Assembly: GCA_001600815.1 (NCBI GenBank)
Contig: BCKZ01000012.1
Span: forward strand, 609,546-673,545
Source: Alloascoidea hylecoeti
Taxonomy: Eukaryota
Direction: 5' to 3'
DNA length: 64,000 nucleotides
This document shows, in pieces, positions 34,840 to 47,888 of the stretch. Numbering within the stretch: position 1 is the first letter of the stretch; each line of letters opens with the position of its first letter. The position numbers were made by a program, and so were the translations under genes. Under the pieces are notes generated by a model, which had not been told where the DNA came from, did not search any database, and worked only from the letters and a program-made list of their open reading frames with translations.

Positions 34840-35796
34840 ATGGTGGCCATAACAATTAGACCAAGAAACCGAAAGTTACAGCCAATTCAAATAGTGACTG
34901 AATTGGACTCAGATGCCTCAATTTTATTCAAAAAAACGGCTTTCGTTTACGAGCTCTCTATTCATCGTGTTCGTTTAACTATCCCCGGTCCGATTGATGC
35001 TAAAACCAACAAAGCCAAGAATATTGCTTTAAACCCCGATTCTCCAATTAGTTCCTATGGAATAAATGAAGAAACGGTGGTTTATTTTAAAGATATTGGC
35101 CCTCAGTTAGCTTGGAGAACAGTCTTTATCTTGGAGTATTTGGGTCCACTTTTGATACACCCATTTTTCTACTATGCTCAGAAGCTTGTTTATGGATCAG
35201 CGTTTGAACATGATTTGATTCAAAAATTTGCATTTTCTTTTGCAATCATTCATTTTTTGAAAAGAGAATATGAAACGATTTTTGTTCACAAGTTTTCTTT
35301 GGCCACCATGCCTTTTTTTAACTTATTCAAGAACTCCGGACATTATTGGTTTCTTTCAGGTGTAAATCTTGGATATTTTATTTATGCCCCAAGGTCATAC
35401 TCTGAATCAGATAACACTTTCAAAATAATTCTATTTCATCGTCCAGCCTGGTCACCTTATGTCATTTATGGTCTCACCGCGGTCTGGACTTTCAGCGAAT
35501 TGTCTAATTTGATCACACATCTAAATCTAGCTTCATTACGTGCTGATGGATCAAAAGATCATAAAATTCCTTATGGCTATGGATTCAATTGGGTTTCATG
35601 TCCAAATTATTTCTTCGAGTCACTAGGTTGGTTTACTTATTCAATTTTGACAGGAAATTGGACGGCTTGGTTGTTTTATATAGCGGGTACGGGACAAATG
35701 TTTGCCTGGGCTCTCAAAAAGCACAAACGTTATAAACGAGAGTTTGGTGATAAATATCCAAGAAAAAGGAAGGTTATGTTTCCATTTTTCCTTTGA
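34840..35796 (+). CDS. TSC13: Very-long-chain enoyl-CoA reductase; start ATG 34840
   Basis: KDIGPQLAWRTVFILEYLGP, HFLKREYETIFVHKFSLATMP..NLFKNS.HYW, IPYGYGFNWVSCPNYFFE, YKREFGDKYP. Confidence 0.93.
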   Translation: MVAITIRPRNRKLQPIQIVTELDSDASILFKKTAFVYELSIHRVRLTIPGPIDAKTNKAKNIALNPDSPISSYGINEETVVYFKDIGPQLAWRTVFILEYLGPLLIHPFFYYAQKLVYGSAFEHDLIQKFAFSFAIIHFLKREYETIFVHKFSLATMPFFNLFKNSGHYWFLSGVNLGYFIYAPRSYSESDNTFKIILFHRPAWSPYVIYGLTAVWTFSELSNLITHLNLASLRADGSKDHKIPYGYGFNWVSCPNYFFESLGWFTYSILTGNWTAWLFYIAGTGQMFAWALKKHKRYKREFGDKYPRKRKVMFPFFL

Positions 35797-38700
35797 GATA
35801 ATTATACTTCACGAGCCAGCAGTATATAACCCTTAAAAACAGTTAATCGTAACTAAGAATACATCTGAATATAAATTAATTATAAATTAAGACCAATAGC
35901 TCAAAAATATAAGATCTTATAGCAGGATAGTTAACATGCATACGCATTTAGAGTATTAAGTAAGTTGTGATCATATTCATAAAGAACAGTATCTTACACG
36001 AATATTCCCTACCTATAAGAGTAACACATTTAATGATGATGATTGGTGTAAAGATTTTTAATTATAGGATCTTAATGTTGATGATTATCATGATTTAAAG
36101 AGGTCTACTCTAAATCTATGCCAACTAAGACATCTTCTGCGACACCTTCTGCATAAGGTTATAGCTAGATATATCCATAGATTCTTGTAACTAATGAGTT
36201 TAATTAAGAATGGTAATAATTAAGTTGTGGTCATGGGACTTGGAGTACTGGTTCCATGGCTAGTGTATTCCTACTACACTGCTTAATATCGTCTTAATTA
36301 GCAATGGTTTTGGCTTTCATATACCATCATTACTTTTTTTTCCGGTTAAACTATTAGAGACATGCACATATGCATAGGCTAGTTACCATATTGAGTAATT
36401 AGTATTGATGCTTTGAGCATCCTGGTCAGTGCTGTAGATCACACATATTATAAATGAAAATAATTCTCAAAGATGGAATTGTCAGATTCTTCCCGTTTAA
36501 TAGATTTTGGACGAAGTTTAAGCTTAAGTACTTTAGCCCGCAGTTATTTTGATTCTCTTTGATATCCCTGTCGTCTAAGAGATACTAAAAGTCGTCGTAT
36601 AAATGAAAGGAGTAAAGTATGTTCATAAATTCAGCTTTACTAGAGAATACTGAATAATCGTAGCACAGCTAAACACATTAAGGACGAAGAGTTAACTATC
36701 AGAACACTAAGTTAAAACAATATATGTATGACAACACAACATAAACTCTAGATTTATCTTCAAATAATGACGATTCTTTCCATTTATAATCGTGATGTTT
36801 CGATTACTAACTCTCCTTAATATCACTAAGAAGTTCCACCTCGTTTTTACTAAAACGTGCAAAATACTCCTTATGAGTAGTATTATTTTGTCCTGTATCA
36901 TTACACTCCAGTATTAATCTCTTGTGGACTATCACTTGGGAACTTTTGATTGTAGAAATTGCTAAAAGGCTTCGAATACAATTCAGGAAGTGAATCTGAA
37001 GGTCCATCAATTTCATCCCTCAATTAAAAAAGAGATAAAAGTTGTAATCTAGAGTTGTATTTGTATACGCTCAAAGCATCACAATTCACCTCCAAGGTCC
37101 AAATCCTCCTATGCTTTTACCAGTAGAATAGCTGCGAACTATAGTATTTATATAAGTAATATACATTGGAAAATGTTCGAAGAAAATATATAGCATCTCA
37201 AAATAGTGTAAACTGGTTTCATCAAAGTAGGCGATGCATGAATAAGCTGCCGGAGATAATTTTCGAGTTAGAAATGAGAATCACTCTATGAAGCAATCAT
37301 GTATCTCATTTTACAATTATAAAACAAAGTGAGACTCTTGTTATTTTTTGAAGATTTCCAGGATACTCATGTGGTAACCGGTCGCTGGAAGTCTTAAGCC
37401 AAGATATGAGCACTGGCTCTTGGATTCTTTAATTTTAGAATCCACTGTTAACCGGGACAGCTTCCCGCACTAATAGGTGCCACTTGTTCAAAAAAAAAAA
37501 AAAAAAAACTTATCTATAATCTACATTTCCATTGTCAAAGAGTTTTGGTCGATTCCAGTCAGCTTTCAGTCGCTTGAAAACATATATAGAAGCACGTTTA
37601 ATGATAGACTATTTTCATTGAGTTTAAATTAACTGAATCCCTCTAGTTATTTCTCATCTGATACTTTAAAATTTTTCGAAACCTCTTCGATGGCTAATTC
37701 TACTTCTACAAAGGTTTAGGATTTTGGTTTGACAAAAATAACATATAGCGTCAGGGTTCTTTTAATATATTTTAATCAGTGTTTTGCTTTTCTACCTGGA
37801 CTTTTTTTTTATAGTTAACTTTCCGAACCACTAGATTTTGTTTGACATAATAACTGTAACCATTCTTACACGAGCAGTTAAAGTTTAGTTCTATCAATGT
37901 TATTCACCTAATAATAATAATTCGGGTAGTCTTGTGATTGCTTGTATGTTTGCAATTGTTTGAAATGGTCTAATAGAGACAATAATCAGCGAGTCAATAC
38001 GCTTCATATCATATGGCTTAGATATAGTTTAGTTTCGCAAACATGTAAATGTTAATTATATAATAAGACCAACCAGAGAAAATGTTTCTGTTAAACTTAT
38101 ATTATTATTATTCAATCATTTATTGAATCTAGATAGTATATTGGAGATAAAGTTTTACAATACATTCTGGTTTATCCCGGGGCCCATTAATGATTATAAC
38201 CTCACCGGCGGTACCCGCGCGAATCAAGTGGGTCGTAATAGTTACAGGTTACACGAGAGTTTAAACCTTGATAATTACGGGAAACAATAACAAAGCTTAA
38301 GTATAAGATACAATCTTATTTCTCCTACAAATCCATTATCTGAAGATTCTGAACCTGTTGATTGCAATTGACAATACTTTAAACTTCCAAACAAAAACAA
38401 AAAAGCTTTCTAACGCGGCGGTGATTCCAGCAGCTGTAGTAAATGCACACCCATGATAGTAGAATTCAGTACTTCTTTCTATGTTTTAGCGCGGCCATAG
38501 AAAACTGTATAGTAAAATTTATGCAGTATATGCGACGGAAATCTAATGAGAAATTATCCAGCTCACGATAAGCAAGATACGTAAATCGTGATTTTTGCAA
38601 ATGTACAGGATAGTATCTGAATGTTGTAAGCATATATCCAGAATATAGGTATAGGAGCGCTAGAAACAGACGACAATAATAAGAAAATGAATGTTGATAC

Positions 38701-40451
38701 CACTAATATGGTTGTAGAAATTAATTGTAACTTATAATTACCCGTTTGGACATTCTAATATATATTCTTTTTGCTTTCGTTTAAAATATTCGCTATTAGA
38801 CCGCCGCCTCTAAAAGATTACTCGTCCGAGTTCCACTCGTGCAAGTTACAATCCATGGCTATCTGACCTTGTTATTCGAACAGGCACTATACGGTACTTT
38901 TTTGTAAATACATATCTGATGAGCATTTAACAATCAAGTTGAATCAACCCAAGAAATAATAATGAGAACCTAGTAATTTTAGCAACAAGAATTTCAGAAA
39001 TTGTGAGTGCCATCACATTTTTTCCTTCCGAGAGCATGATAAAGACCCTAAGCTTTCAGGTATCAGAAATTTATTCAGAGAGCTTGAGGATACTGCGATT
39101 CACCTTAGTATCAACTTTAACAGACTTCCTACCCCTTTCATTTTTTTTTCCTTGCATTAAATATAGTTTAATCCATGTTGTAGATTAAATGTTTTCCTTT
39201 GACATTCCTTAGTAGTCGAAATTTAGTGGGAGAGTACTAGTATATGGTTCTTAAAAAAAGGTCTAGATCAATAATTCAGCATAATCAATTTTTTAAAAAA
39301 TTAATTCCTATTGCATCTCTTATTGGGCATTCCAGTCTATAGCTAATATTCTCCAGCTGTAAGTGAACTGGTTATATTAGGTATCAGTTAGAGATATGGT
39401 ACCATATAAATTCAACACCAGGAAAGGTCTAAATTCTACGAATTTTCCCTAGACTTCCACATTCAAAAGAGGTCTCGATTTTTTGACAGGTTATAATTGG
39501 GCCTTCCATAATGTAAGCTAAAGCTTAAGGATAGATATTTGAAACAAAATTTCCTAAAACTCAGACTTACTGGTGATCCATCCTTGAGGCTGAATGAGTT
39601 TTATTTGACTTGGTATTCAATCTTGCACGTTAAAAACATGCTGATAAAATTAAACCTCACTACCTCTAATTGAATTGCGCGCTTAATTATCCTATACTTC
39701 TTGTATATTATTACTTGAATAGATAGTTCTTTTTTCTTCATAACATATTTTCATTCTTCCTCCACTTAAGCTCTAAATCTAACTATATTATGCACATATA
39801 TCAGCATAGCGTAAATAAATTTGTATTTGTGAAATTCAAGTTTCGGACTCTTTATTTATTTACTAAGATAAGAAAAGATATGTAAGAGAATATGCTATTA
39901 AATGCTAATATTTAGTTAATAACTTGTGTATGTAGGCATAATCATACCTATTATTGTGTAGACTATTTTTTATTAAAAAGCAAAAATAAATTAAATCAAC
40001 CATAAATGTGAGAGTACAAATGAATATAAGGGTACAAATAATATATAAGTATGCTATGTAGTAAGCTCAAATGCAGCGTTTATATCAAAGATTCATAATA
40101 TAGTGAAACCATGTAAATCAGCATTGCCTTTTTTTAAGGAATAATCATCTGAATGATCATAATAATATATAGAATTCCGTGGGGAAAATATAAGTGTGCA
40201 GATGTCCCTCTAATCAATTATTGAACATGTATTACAGCTCAACATCGTCATAGTTGATTAGTATCTAGTTATTTTGACTTTTTAAATAATAAAATTCAAA
40301 TTCATATTTTAGTGAGTTATATGAAAGTTAGATTTCAAAACCTGAAACTTTAGTTGAATGACAAGAAATGGGGAAAGCAGCGATATTTATATGATATACC
40401 ATATATCAGGTTGCATTGCTTATGATTATGTTTCATAATAACCATTTCCAT

Positions 40452-40826
40452 TCAGATCCGATGAGATGGCACACGATCAATAACATAATACCCGTCATCT
40501 TCAATATCTTCATTGATATCATCATCTGAATCGAGTTCCCATACCTCTTGATCACATTCAAGTTCACAATCAGAATCGGAATCAGAATCGGAATCTGAGT
40601 CAAATTCACTTTGGTGGTAATTATAAGAAGTTCGCTGCCTAGATTCTTGTGAAGGGAGCGAAAATCCAACACTCCTTTGTTGACTGATTTGTGAGATGAT
40701 GTTATCTAGTAGATTTGCGTGTGAAACGAGAGCTCTTAGGTTTTTAGAAGGACTTGTAGCTTCCTTTGTGAGTTTCGACCTTACTCTGCTGGCAAGAACA
40801 CATGTTTGTTGAAGAGAAAATTCCAT
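40452..40826 (-). CDS. Ecm13/YJR115W-like small protein with acidic tail
   Basis: N-terminal motif SLQQT..LASRVRSKL.KEA..P.KNLR.LVSHANLLD typical of the fungal Ecm13-like family, followed by DS repeats. Confidence 0.75.
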   Translation of the reverse strand: MEFSLQQTCVLASRVRSKLTKEATSPSKNLRALVSHANLLDNIISQISQQRSVGFSLPSQESRQRTSYNYHQSEFDSDSDSDSDSDCELECDQEVWELDSDDDINEDIEDDGYYVIDRVPSHRI

Positions 40827-43800
40827 TGTAGTAATATTTTGATTAGATTATGACTTGTATAAATCAATTGTAAATGATTTTGTTTGAATAAGGAGATATC
40901 AGTAGGGAAGACTGGCTTTTATAACACTTCAAAGTTTAAACCAAACTTGCCTTTTTCTCAGCCGTGCTATACAATGCAGGGACTTTTACTTGCAGGTGCA
41001 TATGTCACTTAGGATAAATGTAATATATTTTAATTTTTCACTGACGTCCGTAATTCTGTTTATCCATGTGAAAGACGATAGATTTTATGGATTTTCACGT
41101 CTTTTCCCCGGAAATAACCATGTACCTTCTTGAAATTTTTTGCGGAAAATTTTTTATCTTCAACTTTACCCTTGTCTCTTATAATATGAATATCTGTCGA
41201 TAGCTAGTATCTCCATGAAATTGTACATACGGAATTATTACGAATGACCTGTAATTAAACGTTATCTGTCTAAATCTTTAAATTTCCAATCTGTTTCGGA
41301 TTGTGTACCTACAGCCTATACGTAATATGTTAATATTCTAATCTTAATACCCTCATCATGACGATAACATAATTGGATTGAATGACAAATAATTTTGAAC
41401 TTACAAGGTTTACCTTCAATTAATATGTAACTACTACTATCATGATCATTTTATGATAGGAAGATTTTATTGTATCATTAATCTTTAGTAGGTTATCTAC
41501 CAATGGTAAACATTATGATACACAATGAATAATATAGTGAAAGAAGATTTTCGCTGATTATACTTTGAGTGAGAACTATCTGGTGCTTTCCTAAAGTTAT
41601 CCTTTATGTAAACTATTTGATGACTCTTAAGTTTGGAACTATCAATCCAAAAAAGATTACAAACCATAATGTTTTATATAGGAGGGGTATACATTACACG
41701 CAGTAATATATCACGATTCACGATCGCGTTATAACACCCATGGCTTGAAATTTGAATATGCTGAGTTCACCTGTTATACCTTATAATTAAGTTATAATTA
41801 ATTGTTGGTGAAAGAAGAGTATTACATATGGATATTGCATATGCATAGATGCTTATAGACCCTAATATACAGACAATTATTGGAATACCAGCTTGCAATT
41901 GAGTAGACACATATCAGCTTTAGCACTATCTCTCTGGTTGGGAATAATTGATAATTAATAAAAGTATAATTGATGGGCTGCTATCTTACTTACATTTTAG
42001 TGTCAAACATCTTGTTACATTGGTTCAATTATTTAGTATATCCATAATCTAAGTTTAGTCCAAATTTATTGTTTTAATGCCAAATGTTTTGTACTCATAG
42101 TTTCACTCACGGTGGATCATGATCAAGCGTTTATCATTATGTCATCGTACATAGTAATGCATATGCATATACCCGGAACTCCTACTGGAAAAATATTATA
42201 CAAATACATCATTATATTCGATGTCTCTTATAATCATATTTGAACATTATAAGAGTCTTATTTAATGGTTATAAGTTATAATTGGAAGTTAGATCCAGGA
42301 TCATATCTGTTTTGGTACATTCCATCATTTCCATAGCCTGATGATCAGCTGCGGAAACATATCATATGTATCTTCCATTTTGGGCTGTTTCTACTGATAG
42401 GGTCTACAACTGTTCAGAAAGTTCCACATTTAAAATTTTAACGATGGTTAATGATGGGAAATCCGAATTATCATTGAAAAATAATTTTAAAGTTATTTGG
42501 GATAAATTACGTCTTTAATTCTAATTTGTTGGGTAACAGTTGATGATGGTTAAATGGGTCGTAGAATATTCAACTATAGGATAGGCATTAATTATAATAG
42601 GGATAGAATGATTTGAAAATCCGGTTTAACCATCTACGGATCACGCGCAGTATATTACCATTTGATGGTTTTATTTTTATCCCAATTGCTATAATATTAA
42701 TGTGACAATTTAAAGTGATAAAGTTAATATGGCATAATACAATATTTTATATTCCTTTGTGAAAACTTGTAATTGGTTGAGCTAGGTTTTTGATATTGAA
42801 TATAAATCATCTGTAAGATTTTATAACAGTTTTTCTTGTGCAATATTATTTATCTGAAAACATCACATATCTTTTTGTTAAATTCCCATTAATGATAATT
42901 TTGGTATTATATACTGACGTAAAACAAAGGGATACGTGATTCGGATCTCGACTGGAGTATACCTTGAATTAAATGTAGTAATCTATATTCCTTCCTTAAA
43001 CGTGTCAACTAGTCTGTATACAAATTCCTGTTTAAGCTCTTGATTAAGATCCTCGATTTATGTCTTCGTTACTGATATATTTACTGATTATACTTCTTAA
43101 TTTTTACTAAAAGATTGTTCCCGTAGAATCTCGTAATTTATATTTGTTAAATCTAATTAGACGGGTTATTCATTATCACTGATACAAGTTGCGGATTCGA
43201 TTCGCATGAGGATGGAAGAGTTGAAAGGATTACTAGAATCGTGCGGGGCTATCAAATCAGGATTATCTGAATTTTCAACATATCTCTTAAATTTTTACCA
43301 TTATTATTAACATTATCATTAAAAGTAAAATTGAAAATATTAACTTCCGGGCCGAATTTAAAGTCGTTATCACATATTCTTGCAAAGAATTTTTTTAACT
43401 TTTGTTTTATTAGAATTCTCTCTTAATTACTGGCTGTAGCTCTGACTGTAATATTGTAATTGTATTCATATCTAGGTGCCGCCTTATTATTGTTGATTTT
43501 ATTGTTATTGTAATAGCAATAAAGACAATGCTAAGGAGTTGCAATTGGGTGTTCAAAATATCTTCCTGTTTTACTACCGAGTTGGTGCCTGACAAATTTT
43601 TTTCATCTTTAGCTGTAACTGTCAATTTTATACATTAACATTAATAGTTTCAATCCTTTCACTTCTTTGAGGTCTGAAGTTAACATCTCCTTTTTATTCA
43701 AGTTGCATTTGCATTTGACCCAAATCCGACTCTAGAATGGTTAAATTGTATATAATTATTTGGTGCAACTTCATCACCACTTGGAGATCTGACTAGTATT

Positions 43801-44395
43801 TAGAACTTAGATTAGTTCAATTGTAATATTATTTTCATATGTGATCCGATAGCTATTGATTTTGGGGTGTCCAGAAATAGTACCATATGCATGGTGATAT
43901 TAAAGATCGGATATACATGGTTTTTGTATAATAATATTATCATAAAAATCAAGCAAAATCAAATTAATGTTATTGCAATTGTTAATTTTTATCTTCCATC
44001 ATTTGAAGTGTCCACGCTTTAGATAATAGTTAACTTAATACCTGAAAACCTCACTTTGATTGATTTGTATCACTACAACTTTGGTTTGTGGAAAACATAA
44101 ATAAATAAACAATTGATTCAGCGCTACATTCTCTTGAAGAATATAGAACTATACATCTAAACTAATTAGTTTATTGCAGTTAATTTATAAATTAGAATTA
44201 TTTCATGCTAATAATACAGTATATACTGAAAAATACTATTTCAGTTTATACATTGGATTACAATTTGTAGTTTATTATGTCAGCGATGATGTGACTATAG
44301 TTACCCGTAGATGTTCTGAAATATACGCGCTATTTATGATTTGTGAACCACTTTTTGAAATTTTTCGTGTTCTGCTGCATATAAAACTTAACGAA

Positions 44396-45108
44396 ATGGA
44401 AGACGTTGAACGACAAACATCTCGATTATGGAGAGCATTTAGAACCGTTAAGGAGATGGTTCGGGATAGGGTAAGAAGATTATGATTATACCTTTCATGT
44501 ATATGCTTTAAGGTAAATGGTGCTAATATAATTCCTAGGGTTATAACATCTCAACGGAAGAAATTAACATGTCACTTGAAGAGTTTAGATCAAAAGTTTG
44601 TAATGGCATGGGCGAACCACAACGGAAGCTTATGTGTTTTCAGGCTAATCCTACAGCAGAGGCATTTGAAACATTCCCAGATCTTGGTTCGTTATGGGTT
44701 GAATTTTGTGATGAAGCAAACGTTGGTGTTAAAACGATGAGAAACTTTTGTATTCATATTTCTGAAAAACATTTTGCTACTGGTATTTTTATCTACCAGT
44801 CAGGTATCACACCTTCTGCAAATAAGATGATACCAAAAGTTGCACCAGCTAGTATTGAAACATTTCAAGAATCTGATCTTATTGTAAATATCACACATCA
44901 TGAGCTTGTACCAAAGCATATTCGACTATCAGTTGCTGAGAAAAAGGAACTTTTAGAAAGATACAGATTAAAGGAGAGTCAGTTACCTAGAATTCAAAGA
45001 GAAGATCCTGTCGCAAGGTATTTAGGACTGAAAAGAGGTCAAGTTGTTAAGATTATTAGAAGAAGTGAAACAAGTGGAAGATATGCTAGTTACAGAATAT
45101 GTCTTTAA
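44396..45108 (+). CDS. RPB5: RNA polymerase I/II/III common subunit Rpb5; exons 44396-44470, 44539-45108
   Basis: [19 protein letters not shown]..., [54 protein letters not shown]. Confidence 0.97.
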
Positions 45109-45201
45109 ATGGCTTTTTGGTCCGACCTCCAAAAAACTCTTAACAAAAAATGAAACAGGGTAATAAATTAATGTAAGTTCATATTTAATCAATGGGAACA
45201 T

Positions 45202-45966
45202 CTATGTAACATGGGCTGTTAAAACCGAATCCTGTACCCCCCTCCACCAGCTAACATCTTGTAAATTAACAGTATTAGCCGGTGATACCATAACACCTTC
45301 ATTTCCTAGAAAAACGGGGCCGATGGTTATTATTAAGCTGTCGATGATTGAAGTATTGTCTTTCATTCTGTATGTCAATAATTCGTTTATTACCGTAGCA
45401 CCTCCCTCAACCATGATCGAGGAAATAGAATGATTATGCAATACCATAAAAATATCTTCCCAATCTAATCTTTCCCGATTGTTTCGTGTTGAAAGACGTA
45501 TTATTTTACCACCAACAGAAGTTAATATACTTTTTCTTGTTGGGTCGACATAAGTAGAGTCTTTTACGATTATCCATGGAGCTTTCCCTTTACCTTCCTT
45601 TGCAGTTTGTATAACACGAGATGACTGTGTAAAGTTCCATTTGAAATTGGGGTCGATTATTATCGGTTGTGGAGATGAAATGGATTTTCCGTCTTCAATA
45701 TAGCGACAATTGAGTCCTGGATCATCGGAAATAGCTGTCCCAGAACCAATAAGTATTGCATCATGTTTGCTTCTGATGTAATGTGTCATAGTTTTCGTCT
45801 CTAGATGAGATATAGCTGTTTGAACGCCAGGTTTAGCAGCTATGCGAGAGTCTAATGAAGCTGCATAGGTAAGGGTAATAAATGGACGAGTTGAGGGCTC
45901 AGTCTGAGGAAGATGAGGACTAAGAAATGGTTTCAGAGTTGGAGGTAGTGATACGAGCTGTGACAT
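45202..45966 (-). CDS. RIB7: 2,5-diamino-6-ribosylamino-4(3H)-pyrimidinone 5'-phosphate reductase (riboflavin synthesis); start ATG 45966
   Basis: PFITLTYAASLDSRIA, ISHLETKTMTHYIRSKHDAILIG.GT...DDPGLNCR, SIMVEGGA.VIN, IITIGPVFLG. Confidence 0.94.
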   Translation of the reverse strand: MSQLVSLPPTLKPFLSPHLPQTEPSTRPFITLTYAASLDSRIAAKPGVQTAISHLETKTMTHYIRSKHDAILIGSGTAISDDPGLNCRYIEDGKSISSPQPIIIDPNFKWNFTQSSRVIQTAKEGKGKAPWIIVKDSTYVDPTRKSILTSVGGKIIRLSTRNNRERLDWEDIFMVLHNHSISSIMVEGGATVINELLTYRMKDNTSIIDSLIITIGPVFLGNEGVMVSPANTVNLQDVSWWRGVQDSVLTAHVT

Positions 45967-46870
45967 AATATCTGGATCAACCAAATTCCATTGAAGGTTT
46001 ACATAATTATAAGAGATTTGGCTGTACCATCACGTGGCTATACTTGTCGGAATTATGGCATAGACGTTTTAATTCAAACCTCTTGGTAATTGCAATTTGA
46101 AGATAACAAAGTATCAGCGTCTACGTATACCATATGACTTTGAAATCGTTCACATTGATTCAAACAGCTAGACACTACACGTAGGATTCAAGATGGAATT
46201 TTTGGAGTATATGAAGTTTAAGTTTAAGTGATCAAGTGTTAAGATCGTTTGTGTACCATATTGTGCCAGTCTAGAATGACCTTGAAAAGGTCTTACCTTG
46301 ATCATGATCATTAATATTGCTCGATCGCGATGGGTTTAAAATATTTGCAAAGTAGGGCTCTTTATTCTCTTTCCAATTGAGTTGGTCTTTTCAATTGATC
46401 AGTTAATTGAGTTGAGATATCTACACTGATATGGATTCAGTAGGCAGCCCACGAAAAGCATTACGCCAAATCCAAAGATTAAGAAAGCTTGGAGGTACGA
46501 GAGTGGAAGCACACGATGAGCATGGCGTAAAGTGGCCTGAAGCGGTAGGAGGAGGCCTCAAACGGTGAGGATGGGAACCTAAAAAGGAAGTTGTGTCTGT
46601 GACTATTTTCGTGAGCCTACACGAATTGGTCCGGCAACGGGTCGATCACCCACTTAGTTACAAGCAAGACCGATTTAATATAACTGGAACCATCCAATCC
46701 CGTGAGTCACACGAAACGGATTTTACGAGCCTCTTCTTCCTTTCTTACATATAGTATCATTTTTTATCATAGTCATCCTTGGATCCGAATACACCCATCA
46801 ATTTGTACGAGATATTCTTCTTCTTTTTACTTTTTCTCTTGTACAACCATTACTAACTCCGATGATAGGG

Positions 46871-47692
46871 ATGAAAGCAGATGCAAGATACAGTCCAGAG
46901 AAAGGTGAGAAAGTACAGGTAGACGAGGAAGAAGACTTTTGTTTCTGGAGTTTGGTCCCTAATAAGAAAATAAATAGAATGTCGGCTGAATCACAAAAAG
47001 AGAGCAAAGAATTCAATGAAGAAAAAGAGTATGATGCCCCCTCTGAAATACTCCAGCTGATGAAGGACCTCAAAGAAATAGGAGTGTGTGGCGCAGGTTT
47101 TAAGGTTATATCAGAAGATGATATTTCTATTGATGACCTAACAGACACATTGACAGAATGGTGTGAACAGAATATAGAAGGGAACTTTCTGGATGAATTT
47201 CGATGTGTGGTTTCAATGTCAGATGATGAGATACTGTATCTGTCTTTATTTTTCGCCCCCAAACCACGATTCAGAAAAGAGTATTATATCGAAAGACTGA
47301 AAACAACAACCTTTAGTTGTGAGGAGGCAAGTTTCACTCTAGAGCACTTAGAACCAATCCCTGGTGGTCAATTGGCTATATTTTCGATTTCGATTCCTTT
47401 TATAAATGGGTTCTATATGGACGATGTCAGAGCATCGATATTTGCAAATTATGGAAGCGTAATACGGTCGATAAAAACCGATCCTGTTAAATTTGTGCAT
47501 AGAATTCATGGACACACAGCAGATACAAAATCGTGCAACTATGTTCTTTTAAACCTAAAACTTAGCGTATCACCTCAGCTGGATGTGTATAAAAATACCG
47601 TTCAATATCCTCCCAAAACCGTCAAGTTTACGCCGTTAGCAGCACCTCCATTTTTGGTTGAAATCAAGCTAATTACGCATATTAACATTTAG
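46871..47692 (+). CDS. Orphan hypothetical protein (~273 aa), probably preceded by a 5' intron
   Basis: Long ORF. Polypyrimidine tract, TACTAAC (46851-46857) and TAG (46866-46868) lie just before ATG 46871; possible donors GTACGA 46805 or GTGAGT 46702. Confidence 0.6.
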   Translation: MKADARYSPEKGEKVQVDEEEDFCFWSLVPNKKINRMSAESQKESKEFNEEKEYDAPSEILQLMKDLKEIGVCGAGFKVISEDDISIDDLTDTLTEWCEQNIEGNFLDEFRCVVSMSDDEILYLSLFFAPKPRFRKEYYIERLKTTTFSCEEASFTLEHLEPIPGGQLAIFSISIPFINGFYMDDVRASIFANYGSVIRSIKTDPVKFVHRIHGHTADTKSCNYVLLNLKLSVSPQLDVYKNTVQYPPKTVKFTPLAAPPFLVEIKLITHINI

Positions 47693-47888
47693 TTCTGTTC
47701 TACTATGTTGTCTTATTTGTTGTAAGTGTACGAAATTTAATAGTGGTTTCATTCATGTATCATATGGCATATCTAGCAAAATTTGTCAGAAAGACAGAAA
47801 CTAAGCTTAAGATTTAACTATGCTTATTGTAATATTATGTTTGGTGAGATAAGCATCTATGCAGGAGTAGATGCAGTCTAGCGTAGGG

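Noticed and set aside
37452..37508. A19 tract after two tiny hairpins, as a possible retroposon tail
   Set aside because: No target-site duplication or element body recognised; more likely an ordinary poly(dA:dT) tract.
38412..38436. GCGGTGATTCCAGC resembling the SSU rRNA 530-loop region
   Set aside because: Only a short match with no flanking rRNA similarity.
46560..46690. RNase P RNA-like words (GATGGGAAC, GGCAACGG, ACCGATT)
   Set aside because: No CR-I (GGAAA.TCGG) or P1 partner found upstream; similarity is too fragmentary.
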